Positions 24,340 to 38,356 of a stretch of DNA of 64,000 nt are shown piece by piece (position 1 is the first letter of the stretch; the number at the start of each line of letters is the position of its first letter). Below the pieces are notes generated by a model. That model saw only the letters and a list, made by a program, of their open reading frames with translations. It did no database searches and had not been told where the DNA came from. A program made the position numbers and the translations under genes. Source of the stretch: the human T2T-CHM13v2.0 reference genome, Homo sapiens. The stretch is taken from the NCBI RefSeq assembly GCF_009914755.1, contig NC_060925.1, one strand, 5' to 3'.

Positions 24340-25140
24340 CTTTTCAACAAACACTTATTTAATGTCTACTGTGTATTAGGCCCTGAACCTAAGTGAAGAG
24401 ATGACACCCAGTTCTATACACCCACGACTCCAACCCTGACCCCTTTTTGGTTTGAGAACAAATCTCACAGCAACTTGCGGGGTATCTTCACTTAGTTTGG
24501 ATGCTTTTGTCTCAAATTATACACACCCACAATCCAGTTCCTTCTTATTCTTCTTCTGAAGCACGCTCTCAAATTTTTGTTTTCTGTAACAGTCAGTCCA
24601 TTAATTGATTTAAAACACATTGCTTTAGTTCTTTCTACATGATTGGCACTTGGCAAGATACTGGAGATAGGGTGGAGAACAGGAGTGACAAGTCTCCTGT
24701 AACCTATAGACAAGGAGCAATCAAGTATATGTAAAAAAAAAAAATAAAGTATTTACATTGTGGTATATAACCAGGGAAGGTCATTTTGGTGTTATCAGGG
24801 AATGACATCTGAAAAATAATGATGTAGTTCCATTCTGTGAGTACTTCAAAGTAGTAACTGTGGGGTCATCTTTAATTCTCCATTAATTTATCATTCACCA
24901 ATTAATTCATTAATATTCATTTGATATGCATTTATTGAATTCTCGCTATATACTAGGATCTGTGAAAATGCTTGAGAGGTGAAATGGATAAAACACATCC
25001 TCTGCTCTTCATGGATGTGACAATCTAGTGAGGAGGCTCATCGATAAGCAAATAAAGTCAATGAAGTGCTATAGTTATTTTGGTAGATTCCTATATGGGA
25101 TTCAGTTTAGGTGAATAGGAGGGAGGTCCTTACTAGGGCA
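24340..25140 (-). mobile_element. Degraded L2 3' fragments
   Basis: TTCAACAAACACTTATTTAATGTCTACTGTGTATTAGGCCCTG; CATTTATTGAATTCTCGCTATATACTAGG..CCTCTGCTCTTCATGG. Confidence 0.55.
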
Positions 25141-25666
25141 TAAGCTTAAGGACATAAAATATATTTTATTCCTTTAAACATCCCCAGCCACAAGACCTGG
25201 AAATAGGCAGTGAAAGGAATATGATGAATGGCTATATAAATGGCACCACATTGTTATTTATCCTGGAGTTGAGACTACATCAGAGAGTCCTATTGGTTTG
25301 ATTTATTTATATGTAATTCTGTTTTTCCAGATATGGTATATTTCTTTCAATATCAAGCTATAAGTATTTCATTATTCATAATTGCATACCTGGCATTTTT
25401 AAAGTTTTTTTCTTCTCTGGAGATTCCTTTCCTTTTCATGTAGGCTTTTTCATAACAAGGGTTTATAGTTATACCTCTGAAGTAATGCCTAAAATTACTT
25501 CCCCCACAATATATACTGGTAAAGTCCAACCCAGAATTATGGTTTTCTGATGGGTGTCCCAGTGATTTTCTTCAGATCTTCCAGAAGGACATACCAGCTA
25601 TAGAAAATGTTTTAGACTTTTTTGTTTGTTTGTTTTTGTTTTGTTTGGAAGCTATAGTAAAGGATC

Positions 25667-25898
25667 TTTTTTTTTAATGCTTTAAGTTTTAGGGTACATG
25701 TGCACAACGTGCAGGTTAGTTACATATGTATACATGTGCCATGTTGGTGTGCTGCACCCATTAACTCGTCATTTAACATTAGGTATATCTCCTAATACTA
25801 TCCCTCCCCGCCCACCACCCCACAACAGGCTCCAGTGTGTGATGTTCCCCTTCCTGTGTCCATGTGTTCTCATTGTTCAATTCCCACCTATGAGTGAG
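25667..25898 (-). mobile_element. L1PA (about PA3-PA5) 3' UTR-only fragment
   Basis: TTTAAGTTTTAGGGTACATGTGCACAACGTGCAGGTTAGTTACATATG...TTCCCACCTATGAGTGAG is near-identical to the primate L1 3' end. Confidence 0.95.
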
Positions 25899-28815
25899 TT
25901 TTAATCCCAAAACATATGAAGCCTTCAGTGGTACAAAAGCTAAATTATTGTGTCACATCTCAAAACAGCAGCAAACAGACAAAGACCACAAAAATAAAAC
26001 CAAAAGAACAAAAATCCAATGAAATCATAACAAGCCATTAGTTTCATTGCTCTATCGTAGGTTCTGGCATATCTATTATCTACTGACACATTACAACGAC
26101 CTAGGCAAGTCAACTTCTGTTTCCCAGATGAACAGACTGAACTGCAGAGTTCAGTAATTTCCTCAAATCACAGAACTTAACAAAAATGGCAATGAGAAAC
26201 CTCGCCCTTGACACAGACTAACAACGATTCTTCTCTGTCTCCTCCATAGCTGACATACTGCAGAAAGTTAAATACCAGAGTCACATCTCCACTTTCAGCT
26301 GCATGAACTCTATTACCATTTATTCCTCACTATTAGTAAATTCATATTTTTTTTAATGTTGCTTTTGTTACTAAGTATAACTAGAAATAGTTTCATCTTT
26401 CCCTGGCCTTGGTGTACTGGAAGAAAAGCAGGTTGTCTTTCATTTGTAAGAGTTTTCACAGGTGGAAAGATGAACTTGTCCTTCAAATGTCTCTTTGTCC
26501 AGGTAAGTTATCCTTTCTCATGGTTTGGGCTCATTTTTATTTTGCTGTCTCTTTAGTTTTGTGGGAATTTAATTATTTCTTGTCAAAACAAAGGATCTCA
26601 GCCTTAATCTTGTGTTGGCAATATAATCAAACAGAAATCATGCCTCTTGTGAATTTTCTCATAATATGTTTATATTTGGAGGAAATTAGTTATAAAGTTC
26701 ACTGGAAAATTATTACTAAAATCATTAATATTTTTGTTTATGACTTGATTCTTCTAATGACCTGAAAAGTCAGTAGATTTGGATTATGTAAAAATATGAA
26801 CATTGAAGTTAGTGCTTTATTTAATTTATGTTATTTTATAAAATCATCTATGCAAATATTTTCAGAATACACTTTTCTCTCTAATATATTTTATCTTCTA
26901 AAACAGCAATCACTATAAAAGTTGATATACCTTCTTTATCTACTTTTAAAAAATATAAGCATCTGGTTTATTATATTTACTATAGACCATATAAATTTGA
27001 CAATCAGGTAAGAGGAAACAAAAGCCTTTCTAGAGATCTTAATACTTTCATAGAAAGAAGGTTTTTAGTAGAACTTGTGAATAAGTAATTTTTTGATCAT
27101 CTGCAATTTTATAGGTAGTTGATAACACTGACTGGAAATTTTGATTTTTTTTTTTTCACATAGCAAATTAAGTAAACCTCTATAAAAGATGACAGTTATT
27201 CAGCCTGTCACTAAGTTGCCTGTTAAACATGACTCTTGGGGGGAAAACACTCTTTTGCAGAACTGAATCTGAAAAACAATGTAGAATTCACCCTTTGTTT
27301 TGTTCTTAAACTTTGAGATAACAAAGTTGGAAGGCAAGTCAGAATCATAACGATATTCCTACAACTGCTATAAGAGATTGTTTCTAAAAGAAGGAAGAAG
27401 ATACCAAATTGGAAATAATGATAGAGGAAAAGTCATAGTTAGAGAATCCTGAGAATGGAAAGCAGAAACCTAATTGTAAGGCCTACAGCCTCGAGCATGC
27501 ACAGAAAGTAACTTAGGTCTGAGGTCCTCTGGAATAAATCTTTGGTGATAACAACACAGTCCACAACAGGGATACATTTGTATTTATAGTTTATTCTCCA
27601 TTATTGCCAGAGGCCTCAAATCCCACATAGTCAAAATCTCCATTCACTGCTGCCTGCTGGGCATTTAACAAGGGCTCTTGTAACAGGACCCAGAACAAGT
27701 ATGAACATGAATAAAAAGTGCAGGGGCCAGCCAGGCACCACAGGCTGCAAGGTAGCCAAGTGGAGGCATTGGAGAGAAACAGAGAAAGCAGACAATGACC
27801 CTTAGTGCCTCAAGGCATGGCTTCAAAAGGTGTCAACACCAATTAAATTGTAAAAGCTCTGTCAGCTTCTGAAAAGTCATCCAGACAGGGACAAGACAGT
27901 ACATAATCAAAGGACTGGGACGTGATTCTGTATGGCCCACAGTAGACCCAGTGTACGCATGTACGCCTGGCAATTTGTGATCCATATGTGAGCCTTCAAG
28001 ATAAGTCTGTCCTTAAAGGTGTAAATACCCTTCTTCTGGGAGCTCTCTTGGTTTACCACTGGGGGATGTTGGAAACCTGTACTAGTAGGTAGCTACTGGT
28101 AGGTCCCATAGGTAATTTGCCTAAAAATATAACTATAACTAGAATGTGTACTATTGATTATGCCCACAGACTCATGGATAAGCTAAAGAGTAATTGACAA
28201 AGTTCTTGGCTTCAGCTAAACAGTGGCAGCTAAGCTTTCTGTAGTAAACAATATTATGGAGAATTTTCTTTGTTGGCAAGATACTGCAGAATCTACCCTT
28301 TCTGATAGTAGGACATTCTGACAACAATGACTTTGCAGGAGGTTTGTTTCAAATACTTACACCAGTAAGAAGGTATTTTGCATTTCCTATTTGGCCTTGG
28401 AGAGGGTTAATGTGGCTTTAAAGAATTAATTGGTTCCAGGCAAAGGTACTCTGATCTAAATTCAAGAAATTATGTCTTTCTCTCTCTCACTCTCTCTCTC
28501 TCGCTTGCCTAGAAGTAACTATGATAGGTATGACCAATTTATTGGATGGTTTTCAAAGTGACAGCAGAGTTGGGGAGGAGAAGAAATATATTTTATAGCT
28601 GGGGGCAAATACAGAACTGTCGAAGCATTTATCACATATTTCATAGCTAAGTAATTTTCTTGGTCTACAGAACTTTTTCACTCCCCAGATCAAGTAAAAT
28701 GCCTGGGTTTTAAGATAGATGCGTTTATGCTAAAAGGAAATGCCGATATGCTAATGACACTGAAGTTCCAAGCATATTTTTTTTAAATCACTTGAAAGTA
28801 TTATTCTTCCCTATT

Positions 28816-28951
28816 TGTTTATTTATTTATTTTTGAGACAGAGTCTCCCTGTGTGGACCAGTCTGGAGTGCAGTGGCACGGTCATCACTCACTGCAACCT
28901 CAAATTCCTGGACTCAAGTGATCCTCCTGCCTCAGTCTCCCAAGTAGCTAC
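28816..28951 (-). mobile_element. Alu monomer (FRAM/FLAM or AluJ arm)
   Basis: TTTTGAGACAGAGTCTC..GGAGTGCAGTGGCAC..CTCAAGTGATCCTCCTGCCTCAGTCTCCCAAGTAGCT; one arm only. Confidence 0.88.
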
Positions 28952-29252
28952 AATTTTTTCTTTTTAATGAGGGAGAACACTACTTATCAGAATGATTTAG
29001 AATGCAATTGTTCATTTTTAATCAAACAATTTGCTCTTAGTATGGTTGAAATTACTCTTATTTTTAAAGAAATATTAACCAGATATAAAATAATGTACCA
29101 TATTGCAAACTATCAGGTTAAAACTACAATGTGTTACATTACCTATTAGATAATTTATTTAAAAGTATAACAGTTCTTTAGAAAATGAGTTCAATAACAA
29201 CAAGAAGCTAGAAAACTGGGAAACACATTTATTCAGATTTTGGTATTCATCT

Positions 29253-31428
29253 TGATTTAATTGAGATTGGCTAAATTATGCCACAATAACAAAGAAAGAA
29301 ATTTCAGTGGCTTAAGACAGAAAAGAAGTCTCACTTATTTCACTCTTCCATGGGTCTAGGAGACTCTACAGAGCAGTGTTCTGCCATTTGATTGCTTAGC
29401 ATGGCATCTCTACCAATATGTGCCTCTAAAATTGTCAGGGCAGGCAAAAGACATTAGAAAATCAAGTGCCTACAATTAAATGCTTCTATTCAGGACTGAC
29501 ACACATCATTTCTGCTCAAATTTAATTAGCCAAGGCAAGTCGAGAGGTCACATCTTACTTCTGGAAGTGAATAAGATTATCTTGTATACCTGAAAGGAGA
29601 AGGAATTGGTATTGATAAACAGTTGTAAAGTCAGCCATAGACTACTCTTCTGATAACCAAATATTCTTTCCTCTTTTGTTTCCCAATCCTACATTCAATC
29701 CCTCCATAAGAGCAACCCTCTAAAAGTCTTATGCAAGCTCTTCATACAGCATGAAGTCCAAGATGTCTGTGTAGTACCTGGAAGTCAGGTAAGAATGGGA
29801 CACCTTTGATATGGAGACAAAAGTTATTTTCTCCCTTCATAATCAGTAGAATATAAAGGAATAAGGACAATTCAGAAACTCACAGTTACTCAAGTGTGGT
29901 AATTTAGTCAAGCTGCTGGGGGCGACAATCATTGTGAGGAATGTCTTTACTGGGAGTGGGAAATGTTCCTTGTTTAAGCCTCATTTCTGTTTCCTGGGAG
30001 GAGAGAATCCCAGTCTGTTGTTCTTGGTGACTCCTGGTTCTACACTGTAGAAGGATCAATTCATCTTTTATGCTACTTCGTCACATCTGTAATAGGCACT
30101 GGGGAAAAGTCTCTCTTGAGGAATAAGCAGTTTTCTTAGTTCATTGCCTGCCTGAGGAGTGTTAAGTACCAAGGTGATTTTATGTCTCACATAGCCACAA
30201 TCTCTTTGAGTCCAGTCAAGGGCTTTTCTTTAGCAGTGAATTTCTTTCAAAGGTTTTATAGGCTTCTCAGCTATTTGATTCTGCACAGCTCCATGTACCA
30301 ATTCCATGCCCACAAGTTTTCTCAATGTTTAATTCCTAGAATATTTGCTCTCATGCTCTCTCTTCCTCTCTTTTTGTGTTTGCAGTTGCTTGTCCAGTAA
30401 ATCTATTGAAGTTCAGTGTCAGAGTCATACACCTAGTCTCTTTTCCTTAACTATTTTTGTCCAGTTGAAAGGCTGGATGGGGCCTCTACTTTAAATTATA
30501 TCTTTATTCTGAGACATGTTAATCCATTCCCAAGTTTTAACTTGGTGTGGTACCAATACCCTTGGTTAGATCCTTGCCTTGAGGCTTAGACTTCTTCTTT
30601 TTGTTTCGCAAAAGTCATTCTCAGTTTTATCGTTTGTTCTTTTGTAGCTGAGTTTTTTCTTTTTCTAATCCCACTAGTCCTCAAATTTTTGTACACCTCT
30701 ACTTCTTTTTATTCCTGATGGCAAACTCATCTATTATTTTCTGAGACTGTCTCTTTTTCTATTTTATTATACCTTGCCAATTGCAGACAACATCAATGCC
30801 CAGACACTCTGATTTTGTTTTTTAGTTTTTCTCTTAGTGCAATAGTTTATTTTGCATAAGATCTGTCTTATAAATTTTCATAGGTAATAATATTACCAAA
30901 TGCTTTGCCATTGCATATGACTAATTGCCACTTTATAGCCTCCACGGGGGGTGGCCATTCACAATCCCCATGCCCTATAGGGTCAACCGCTAAGTGTATG
31001 CCACATGTTTTAGAGATTTTTTTTTTTTTCATAGCAGCATCCAATCCTAGCATAAATAACTGTTTTAGTCAGCATGGATTAGGTTAGGCTGTAAAAGCCA
31101 AGAACTCATATTTCAATAGCTTATCGTATGAAGATTTCTGTTTCATACAAAGTCTACTATGAGCCTCGAGAACTCTCCAGGCAGCTGAGCTGTCTTCTAT
31201 GTGATGGCTCAGTATTGTCCTTCCTTAGCGATGCAATTTTCCAATACTCATGGCAGAGAAAAAGTGGGGTACAGAGTTAAGTGCCAACAATTGAAATTTT
31301 TTTCCTGGGAGTGATACCTATCAGTTTTGCCATGCTTAACTTCCAGGAGGAAGGGATGTATATTCTTCTTATTTGTCCAGAAGGAAAGGAGACTTGGTTA
31401 TCAGTGAACAGAGCTCACATCTACCAAA
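29253..31428 (-). mobile_element. MaLR MLT1 (I/J/K-like) provirus: LTR 29253-29639, internal 29640-31060, LTR 31061-31428
   Basis: Two similar same-orientation LTRs (AAGTGCCTACAATTAAA / AAGTGCCAACAATTGAA; TCTAGGAGACTCTACAG / CTCGAGAACTCTCCAG) with MaLR-type junction sequences at both internal ends. Confidence 0.7.
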
Positions 31429-31762
31429 TATCCTGACTGTGACCTATTGAATGGGAACATCAATTTAGGTAATAGTTCCCGAGCCCTACTACTGTAAACA
31501 CTTTACTTCTATTTTAAAAAATCACCATTACAATTCTAACTGGCAAACTTTGAATACCTGCTAACTTTTGAAAGTATTTAAAAGGTTTTAGTATAACACA
31601 TATGGATGGTTTATATCTTCTACTTATTCAGATTCCAACTGACTTTCAAAATTGGAGCTATAAAATGTTACTTATCTAACATTTTCCAACTATAGATGTC
31701 AGGTGTTATGTAGGGACACTACACTTTCTGTCTTGATTTGGTATATTTTAGGAAAGAGCATC

Positions 31763-32200
31763 TATAGTGGGTTAATAGTGGTGTCCCCAAAAGATAAGTC
31801 TGTGTCCTGGAAACTGAATGCGACTTTATTTGGAAAAGGGGTCTTTGCAGATATAATTACATTAAGGATCTGGAGATGAGGATATCATCCTGGATTAGGG
31901 TAGATCCTAAATCCAATGACGTGTCCTTGTAAGAAAAGAGAAAGGGATATGACACACAGAAAGGAAGGCCATGTGAAGTAGGGAGTAGATTGGAGTATGC
32001 AGACACAAAGATGAAGTCAGCCACCAGAAGCTGAAATAAGCAAAGAAGGATTTTCCCCTAGAGCCTTCACAGGGAGCATGGCCTACTGACACCTTGATTT
32101 CGAACTTCTGGCATCCAGAACGGTGAAAGAATACGTTTATGTGATTTTAAGTCACCAGGTTTGTGGTAATTTGTTACTGCAGACCCAGGAAAGTAATATA
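31763..32200 (+). mobile_element. MaLR LTR, MLT1C/B-like
   Basis: TAGTGGGTTAATAGTGGTGTCCCCAAAAGATA..TTATTTGGAAAAGGGGTCTTTGCAGATATAATTA..AAGGATCTGGAGATGAG..CCTAAATCCAATGAC. Confidence 0.92.
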
Positions 32201-32334
32201 GTATTCATCTGAGCTTTAGGTTTTTTTTAAGAATAAAAGATACAATGAATACATACTAGTATTTAATATCATATTTACTGAATTAAAAAAACAGTGAAGA
32301 CTTAGACATTATCATGAGAAAGTCTTATGATTTT

Positions 32335-32530
32335 ATATAGAGTCCCAGGTTTGAAATCAGATGATCTGAGTTCCAGTTTTAACTTTTTGAAATGGGTAAA
32401 TGTTTTAACCATTAAAAAGTCAGTTTTCTCATCTATAAAAGGGAAATTATACCAAATCCATGCCAAACTGGGACATTGCTTTATGAATCAAATGAGATTA
32501 TTGATATAGAGTGCCTTGAGATCAGTAACT
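32335..32530 (+). mobile_element. MIR fragment
   Basis: TTTGAAATCAGATGATCTGAGTTCCAGTT...TCAGTTTTCTCATCTATAAAAGGG. Confidence 0.7.
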
Positions 32531-34132
32531 CATCAGATTAAGGAAATTTTAGTTATAGCAAAGGTAGATATCACCATAAATAAAAATTAACCCTAGACCA
32601 TACATTATAATATTAAAACATTTTCATTTAAAATGGACCTCATTTAGTGGGCTTCTTAGATTTGCAGCAAAAGGACAAAACAGCCTAAGCACTGGGAAGA
32701 CAAAAATCTTGCCTTCTTTTGAGAAAAGCCTACTGACTTCAAACCTTTCATTTCTGTTATTATTTTTTATTATATCTGAAGAGTGTAAAATAACTAGTAA
32801 CAAAAGAAACTCCTCAGTTTTTTGGTCAGGTACTCAAGAAAAATGCAGTGCAGTGAGATTAAAAAAAGCTCTAAAAGTTGGTTAAAATTTTCCAAAGTTT
32901 CATATCATACAAATCCTGTCTAGAAGATTTATTATAACAAAATAATTATATTTCAAGAATAATACTACCTTATTCGTCCTAAGGCCTCCCTTCCGTAACT
33001 AATTTCAAATATGCTAAAGAAAATTAACCCCTACGATTTTATTTTACATCACAGATGTTGTTTTCATTTTACAGATGAACCAGGGAGGACACCACAAATC
33101 ATGGACCCAACTGAGAATAAAACTTTGTCACTCAGCTTTGAGGTAACAGAGTAACAGTGGTAAGTGTGCGCATGTGGAGGGTGGGAGCTGTGAGATCTGA
33201 GTCGATTTATTTTTTTAAATTTACTTTGGGTTCAGACTACTGTCTAAAATCCCCACTTGTCCTCCTTCCTCCCCAAACCCTCTGGAACTCTAACCCCTTG
33301 GTTGGTAACCCCCTTCTAAACCATCAGTCTCTTCTCTGAATAGTCCCTTCACTAAATTACTGTAAAATTTGGCAGTGTCCCCCCATCATCCTTTTCCCTG
33401 GAAAATCTGTTAAAGAGAGACTACATTTCCTTTCATATCTCATTATTTCAAGGTCAGGAGATGGGATAAATATGGACTTTCATTTCCAACTGCTGTTGCA
33501 TGACTATCTTTTCTTACTTTTCCAAACCCTAGCTTTTTCATAGCTGATGGTATTCTTCTTTACCATTTATTATTACGGCTTTCATCTACAAACAATCATG
33601 AAGACTTTGTTTCTCATTCAATATCTTATTTTTTAGTTCTGCTGCTTGCATTTTCAGGAATTTCAACCTCTACATAAGTGATCAAGTTAACTGATTCTTC
33701 TATTCTTTTACATCACCTTCAAAATTCTTTTTCTCACTCTCACTTTGGTTTCTAGCTTCCATGACCAAACTATGGGCCTTGTCATTAGTAGTCACTGCTC
33801 CCCCTCCAAAACTTTTGATTTCAAGCATCACATTGTTTTTTTTTTTAATTTAATTTTTTTTATTTCAATAGTTTTGGGGAAAAAGTTGTTTTTGGTTACA
33901 TAGATAAATTCTTCAGTGGTAATTTCTAAGATTTTGGCACCCTCATCACCCGAGCAGAGTACACTGTGTCCAATATGTAGATTTTTATCTGTCACCCCCT
34001 CCCACTCTTCCCCTCCGAAGCCCCAGAGTCCTTTGTATCATTCTTATGCTTTTGCTTCCTCATAGCTTAGCTTCTCCTTATAGGTGAGAACATACGATAT
34101 TTGGTTTTCCATTCCTGACTTACTTCACTTAG

Positions 34133-34541
<409 letters not shown>

Positions 34542-37500
34542 ATATACCACATTTTCTTTATCCACTCATGGTTGATGGGCATTTAGGCAGGCTTCATATT
34601 TTTGCAATTGAGAATTGTGCTGCTGAAAACATGCACGTGCAAGTGTTTTTTTTCTCACATAATGACTTCTTTTACTCTGGGTATATACCCAATGGTGGGA
34701 TTGTTAGATCAAATGGTAGTTCTACTTTGAGTCCTTTAACGAATCTCCATACTATTTTCCATAGTGGTTGTATGAGTTTACATCCCCACCAGCAGTTTTG
34801 TAAAATGATTCCTTTTTCACCACATCCAAGCCAACATCTATAATTTTTTGATTTTTAAATTATGACTATTCTTGCAGGAGTAAGGTGGTATTTCATTGTG
34901 GTATTTGATTTGCATTTCCCTGATTATTAGTGATGTTGAGTTTTTTTCATGTTTGTTGGCCATTTGTATATCTTCTTTTCAGACTTGTCTATTTATCTCC
35001 TTAGTCCACTTTTGATTCCATTATTTGTTTTGTTCTTGCTGACTTTTTTGAGTTCCTTGTGAATTCCGGGTATTAGTTCTTTGTCAAATGCACATCTCAT
35101 GAATATTTTCTCCCATTCTTTGGGTTTTCTGTTTACTCTGCTGATAATTTCTTTCGTTTTGCAGAAGCTTTTTAATTTAATTAGATCTCCTTTATTTATT
35201 TATTTATTTTTGTTGTTGTTACATTTACTTTTGGGTTCTTGGTCATGAACTCTTTGCCTAAGCCAATGTCTAGAAGGATTTTTCCAATATTATCTTCTAG
35301 AATTTTTAGGCTTTCCAGTGTTAGATTTAAGTCTTTGGTCCATCTTGAGTTAATTTTTATATGTGCTGAGAGATGAGGATCCAGCTTTATTCTTCCACAT
35401 GTGGCTTGCCAATTATCTGAGTACCATTTGTTGACTGGGGTGTCCTTTCACCACTTTATGTTTTCATTTGCTTTGTCTAAGATCAGTTGACTGTAAGTAT
35501 TTGGTTTTATTTCTGGGTTCTCTATTCTGTTCCATTGGTCTACATGCCTCTTTTTACACCATTACCATGCTGTTTTGATAACTATAGCCTTGTAGTATAG
35601 TTCGAAGTTGGGTAACGTGATGCCTTCAAATTTGTTCTTCTTGCTTAGTCTTACTTTGGCTATGTGGGCTCTTTTTTGGTTCCATATGAATTTTAGAATG
35701 ATTTTTGCTAGTTCTGTGAAAAATGATGATGCTACTTTGATGGGAATTGCATTGAATTTGTAGATTGCTTTTGGCAGTATGGCCATTTTTACAATATTGA
35801 TTCCACCCATAGATGAACATGAGATGTGTTTCCATTTGTTTGTGTCATTGATAATTTGTTTTAGCAATGTTTTGTAGTTTTCCTTGTAGAGATCTTTCAC
35901 CTCCTTGGTTAGGTATATTCCTTAGTATTTTTTTTTTTTTTTTTTTTTTTTTGCAGCTATTGTAAAAGGGACTGAGTTCTGGATTTGTTTCCCTGTTTGG
36001 TCATTGTTGGTGTATAGCAGTGTTACTGATTTGTGTACATTGATTCTGTATCCTGAAACTTTACTGAATTCATTTATCAGATCTAGGAGCTTTTTGGATG
36101 AGTCTTTAGGATTTTCTAGGTATATGGTCATACCATCAGCAAACAGCAACAATTTAACTTCCTGTTTACCGATTTGCATGCCCTTTATTCTTTCTGTTGT
36201 CTGATTTTTCTGGCTGGGATTTCCAGTACAATGTTGAATAGAAGTGGTGAAAGTGGGCATTCTTTTATGTCTTTTTCAGTTCTCAAGGGGAATGCTTTCA
36301 ACTTTTCCTTGTTCAGTACAATGTTGGCTGTGGGTTTGTCATAGATGTCTTTTATTACCTTGAGGTATGTCCCTTCTATGCCAATTTTGCCGAGAGTTTT
36401 AATGATAAAGGAATGCTGGATTTTGTTAAAGCACATTCTGTATCTACTGAGATAATCATATGATTTTTGTTTTTAATTCTGTTTATGTGATCTATCACAT
36501 TTAACGACTTGTGTATGTTAAACCATTCCCACATCCCTGGTATAAAACCCATTTGATCATGGTCGATTTTCTTTTTGATATGCTGTTGGATTTGGTTAGC
36601 TAGTATTTTGCTGAGGATTTTTGCATTGGGTCATCAGGGATATTGGTCTATAGTTTTATTGTTATATCCTTTCCTGGTTTTGGTATTAGGGTGATACTGA
36701 TTTCATAGGATGATTTAGGGAGGACTTGCTCTTTTTCTTTTGAAATAGTTTCAGTAAGATTGGTAACTACTCTTCTTTGAATATCTGATGGAATTCAGCC
36801 TGGTCCTGGTCCTGGGTTGTTTTTTTTTTTATTACTGTTTCGATCTTGCTACTTGTTATTAGTATGTTCAGGGTTTATATTTCTTCCTGATTTAATCTAT
36901 GAAGGTTGTATATTTCCAGGAATTTATCCATCTTCTCTAAATTCTAGTTTCTGCACATAAAGGAATAGTCTTTTGTATTTCTGTGGTATCAGGTGTAATA
37001 TTTCCCATTTTATTTCTAATTGAGCTTATTTAGATCTTCTGTCTTCTTGGTTAATCTCACTAATGGTCTATCAATTTTATTTATCTTTTCAAAGAACCTA
37101 CTTTGTTTCATTTATCTTGAATTTGTTTGTTTGTTTCAATTTCATTAGGTTATACTCTGATCTTTGTTATTTCTTTTCTTCTGCTGGGTTTGGGTTTGGT
37201 TTGTTCTTTCTCTACTTCCCTGAGGTGTGACTTTAGATTTTTCTTTTTGCACTCTTTCAGATTTTTTGATGTAGGCATTTAATGCAATTAACTTTCCTCT
37301 TAGCACTGCTTTTACTATATCCCAGAGGTTTTGGTAAGTTGTGTTACTCTTATTGTTCAGCTCAAAGAATTTTTAAATTTCCTTCTTGATTTCATTGTTG
37401 ACCCAAAGATCATTCAAGAGCAGATCGTCAAACTTCCATGTATTTGTATACTTTTGAGCATTCCTTTTGTAGTTAATTTCCAGTTTTATTCTACTGTGGT

Positions 37501-37619
37501 CTAAGAAGATACTTGATATAATTTCATTTTTCTTAAATGTATTGAGACTTGCTTTGTGACTTATCGTATGGTCTGTCTTGGAGAATGTTCCATGTGCTGA
37601 TGAAAAGAATGTATATTCT

Positions 37620-37941
<322 letters not shown>

Positions 37942-38356
37942 CTATAAATATCTATTAAGTCAATTTATTCTAGGGTATAGTTTAAGTCCATTGTTTCTTT
38001 GCTGACTTTCTGTCTTGATGACCTGTCTAGTGTTGTCCGTGGAGTATTGAAGTCCCCCACTATCACTGTGTTGCTGTCTATCTCATTTCTTATGTCTAGT
38101 AGTAATTGTTTTATAAATTCGGCAGCTCCAGTGTTAGGTGCATATATATTTAGTATAGCAATATTTTTCTATTGCACTAATCCTTTTATCATTATATAAT
38201 ATTCCTCTTTGTCTTTTCAAGCATCCCATTTTTTGACCACCACCTTCAATTTTAGCTGACTCACAAGACACTTTACAAAGGTAGGCAAAATCTATGAGAT
38301 TTTTTTTTCGGATGATGTCCCTGGATATCAAGCCATGGCCAAACTCAAAAATGCTC

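Noticed and set aside
26356-26765. Overlapping 66-aa and 118-aa ORFs
   Set aside because: Non-homologous and AT-rich composition; only the splice motif inside them is noteworthy.
35562-36436. Reverse-transcriptase-like ORFs
   Set aside because: Frameshifted fragments of L1 ORF2 with the YADD/FADD motif mutated (FADG); a dead retrotransposon, not a novel RT system.
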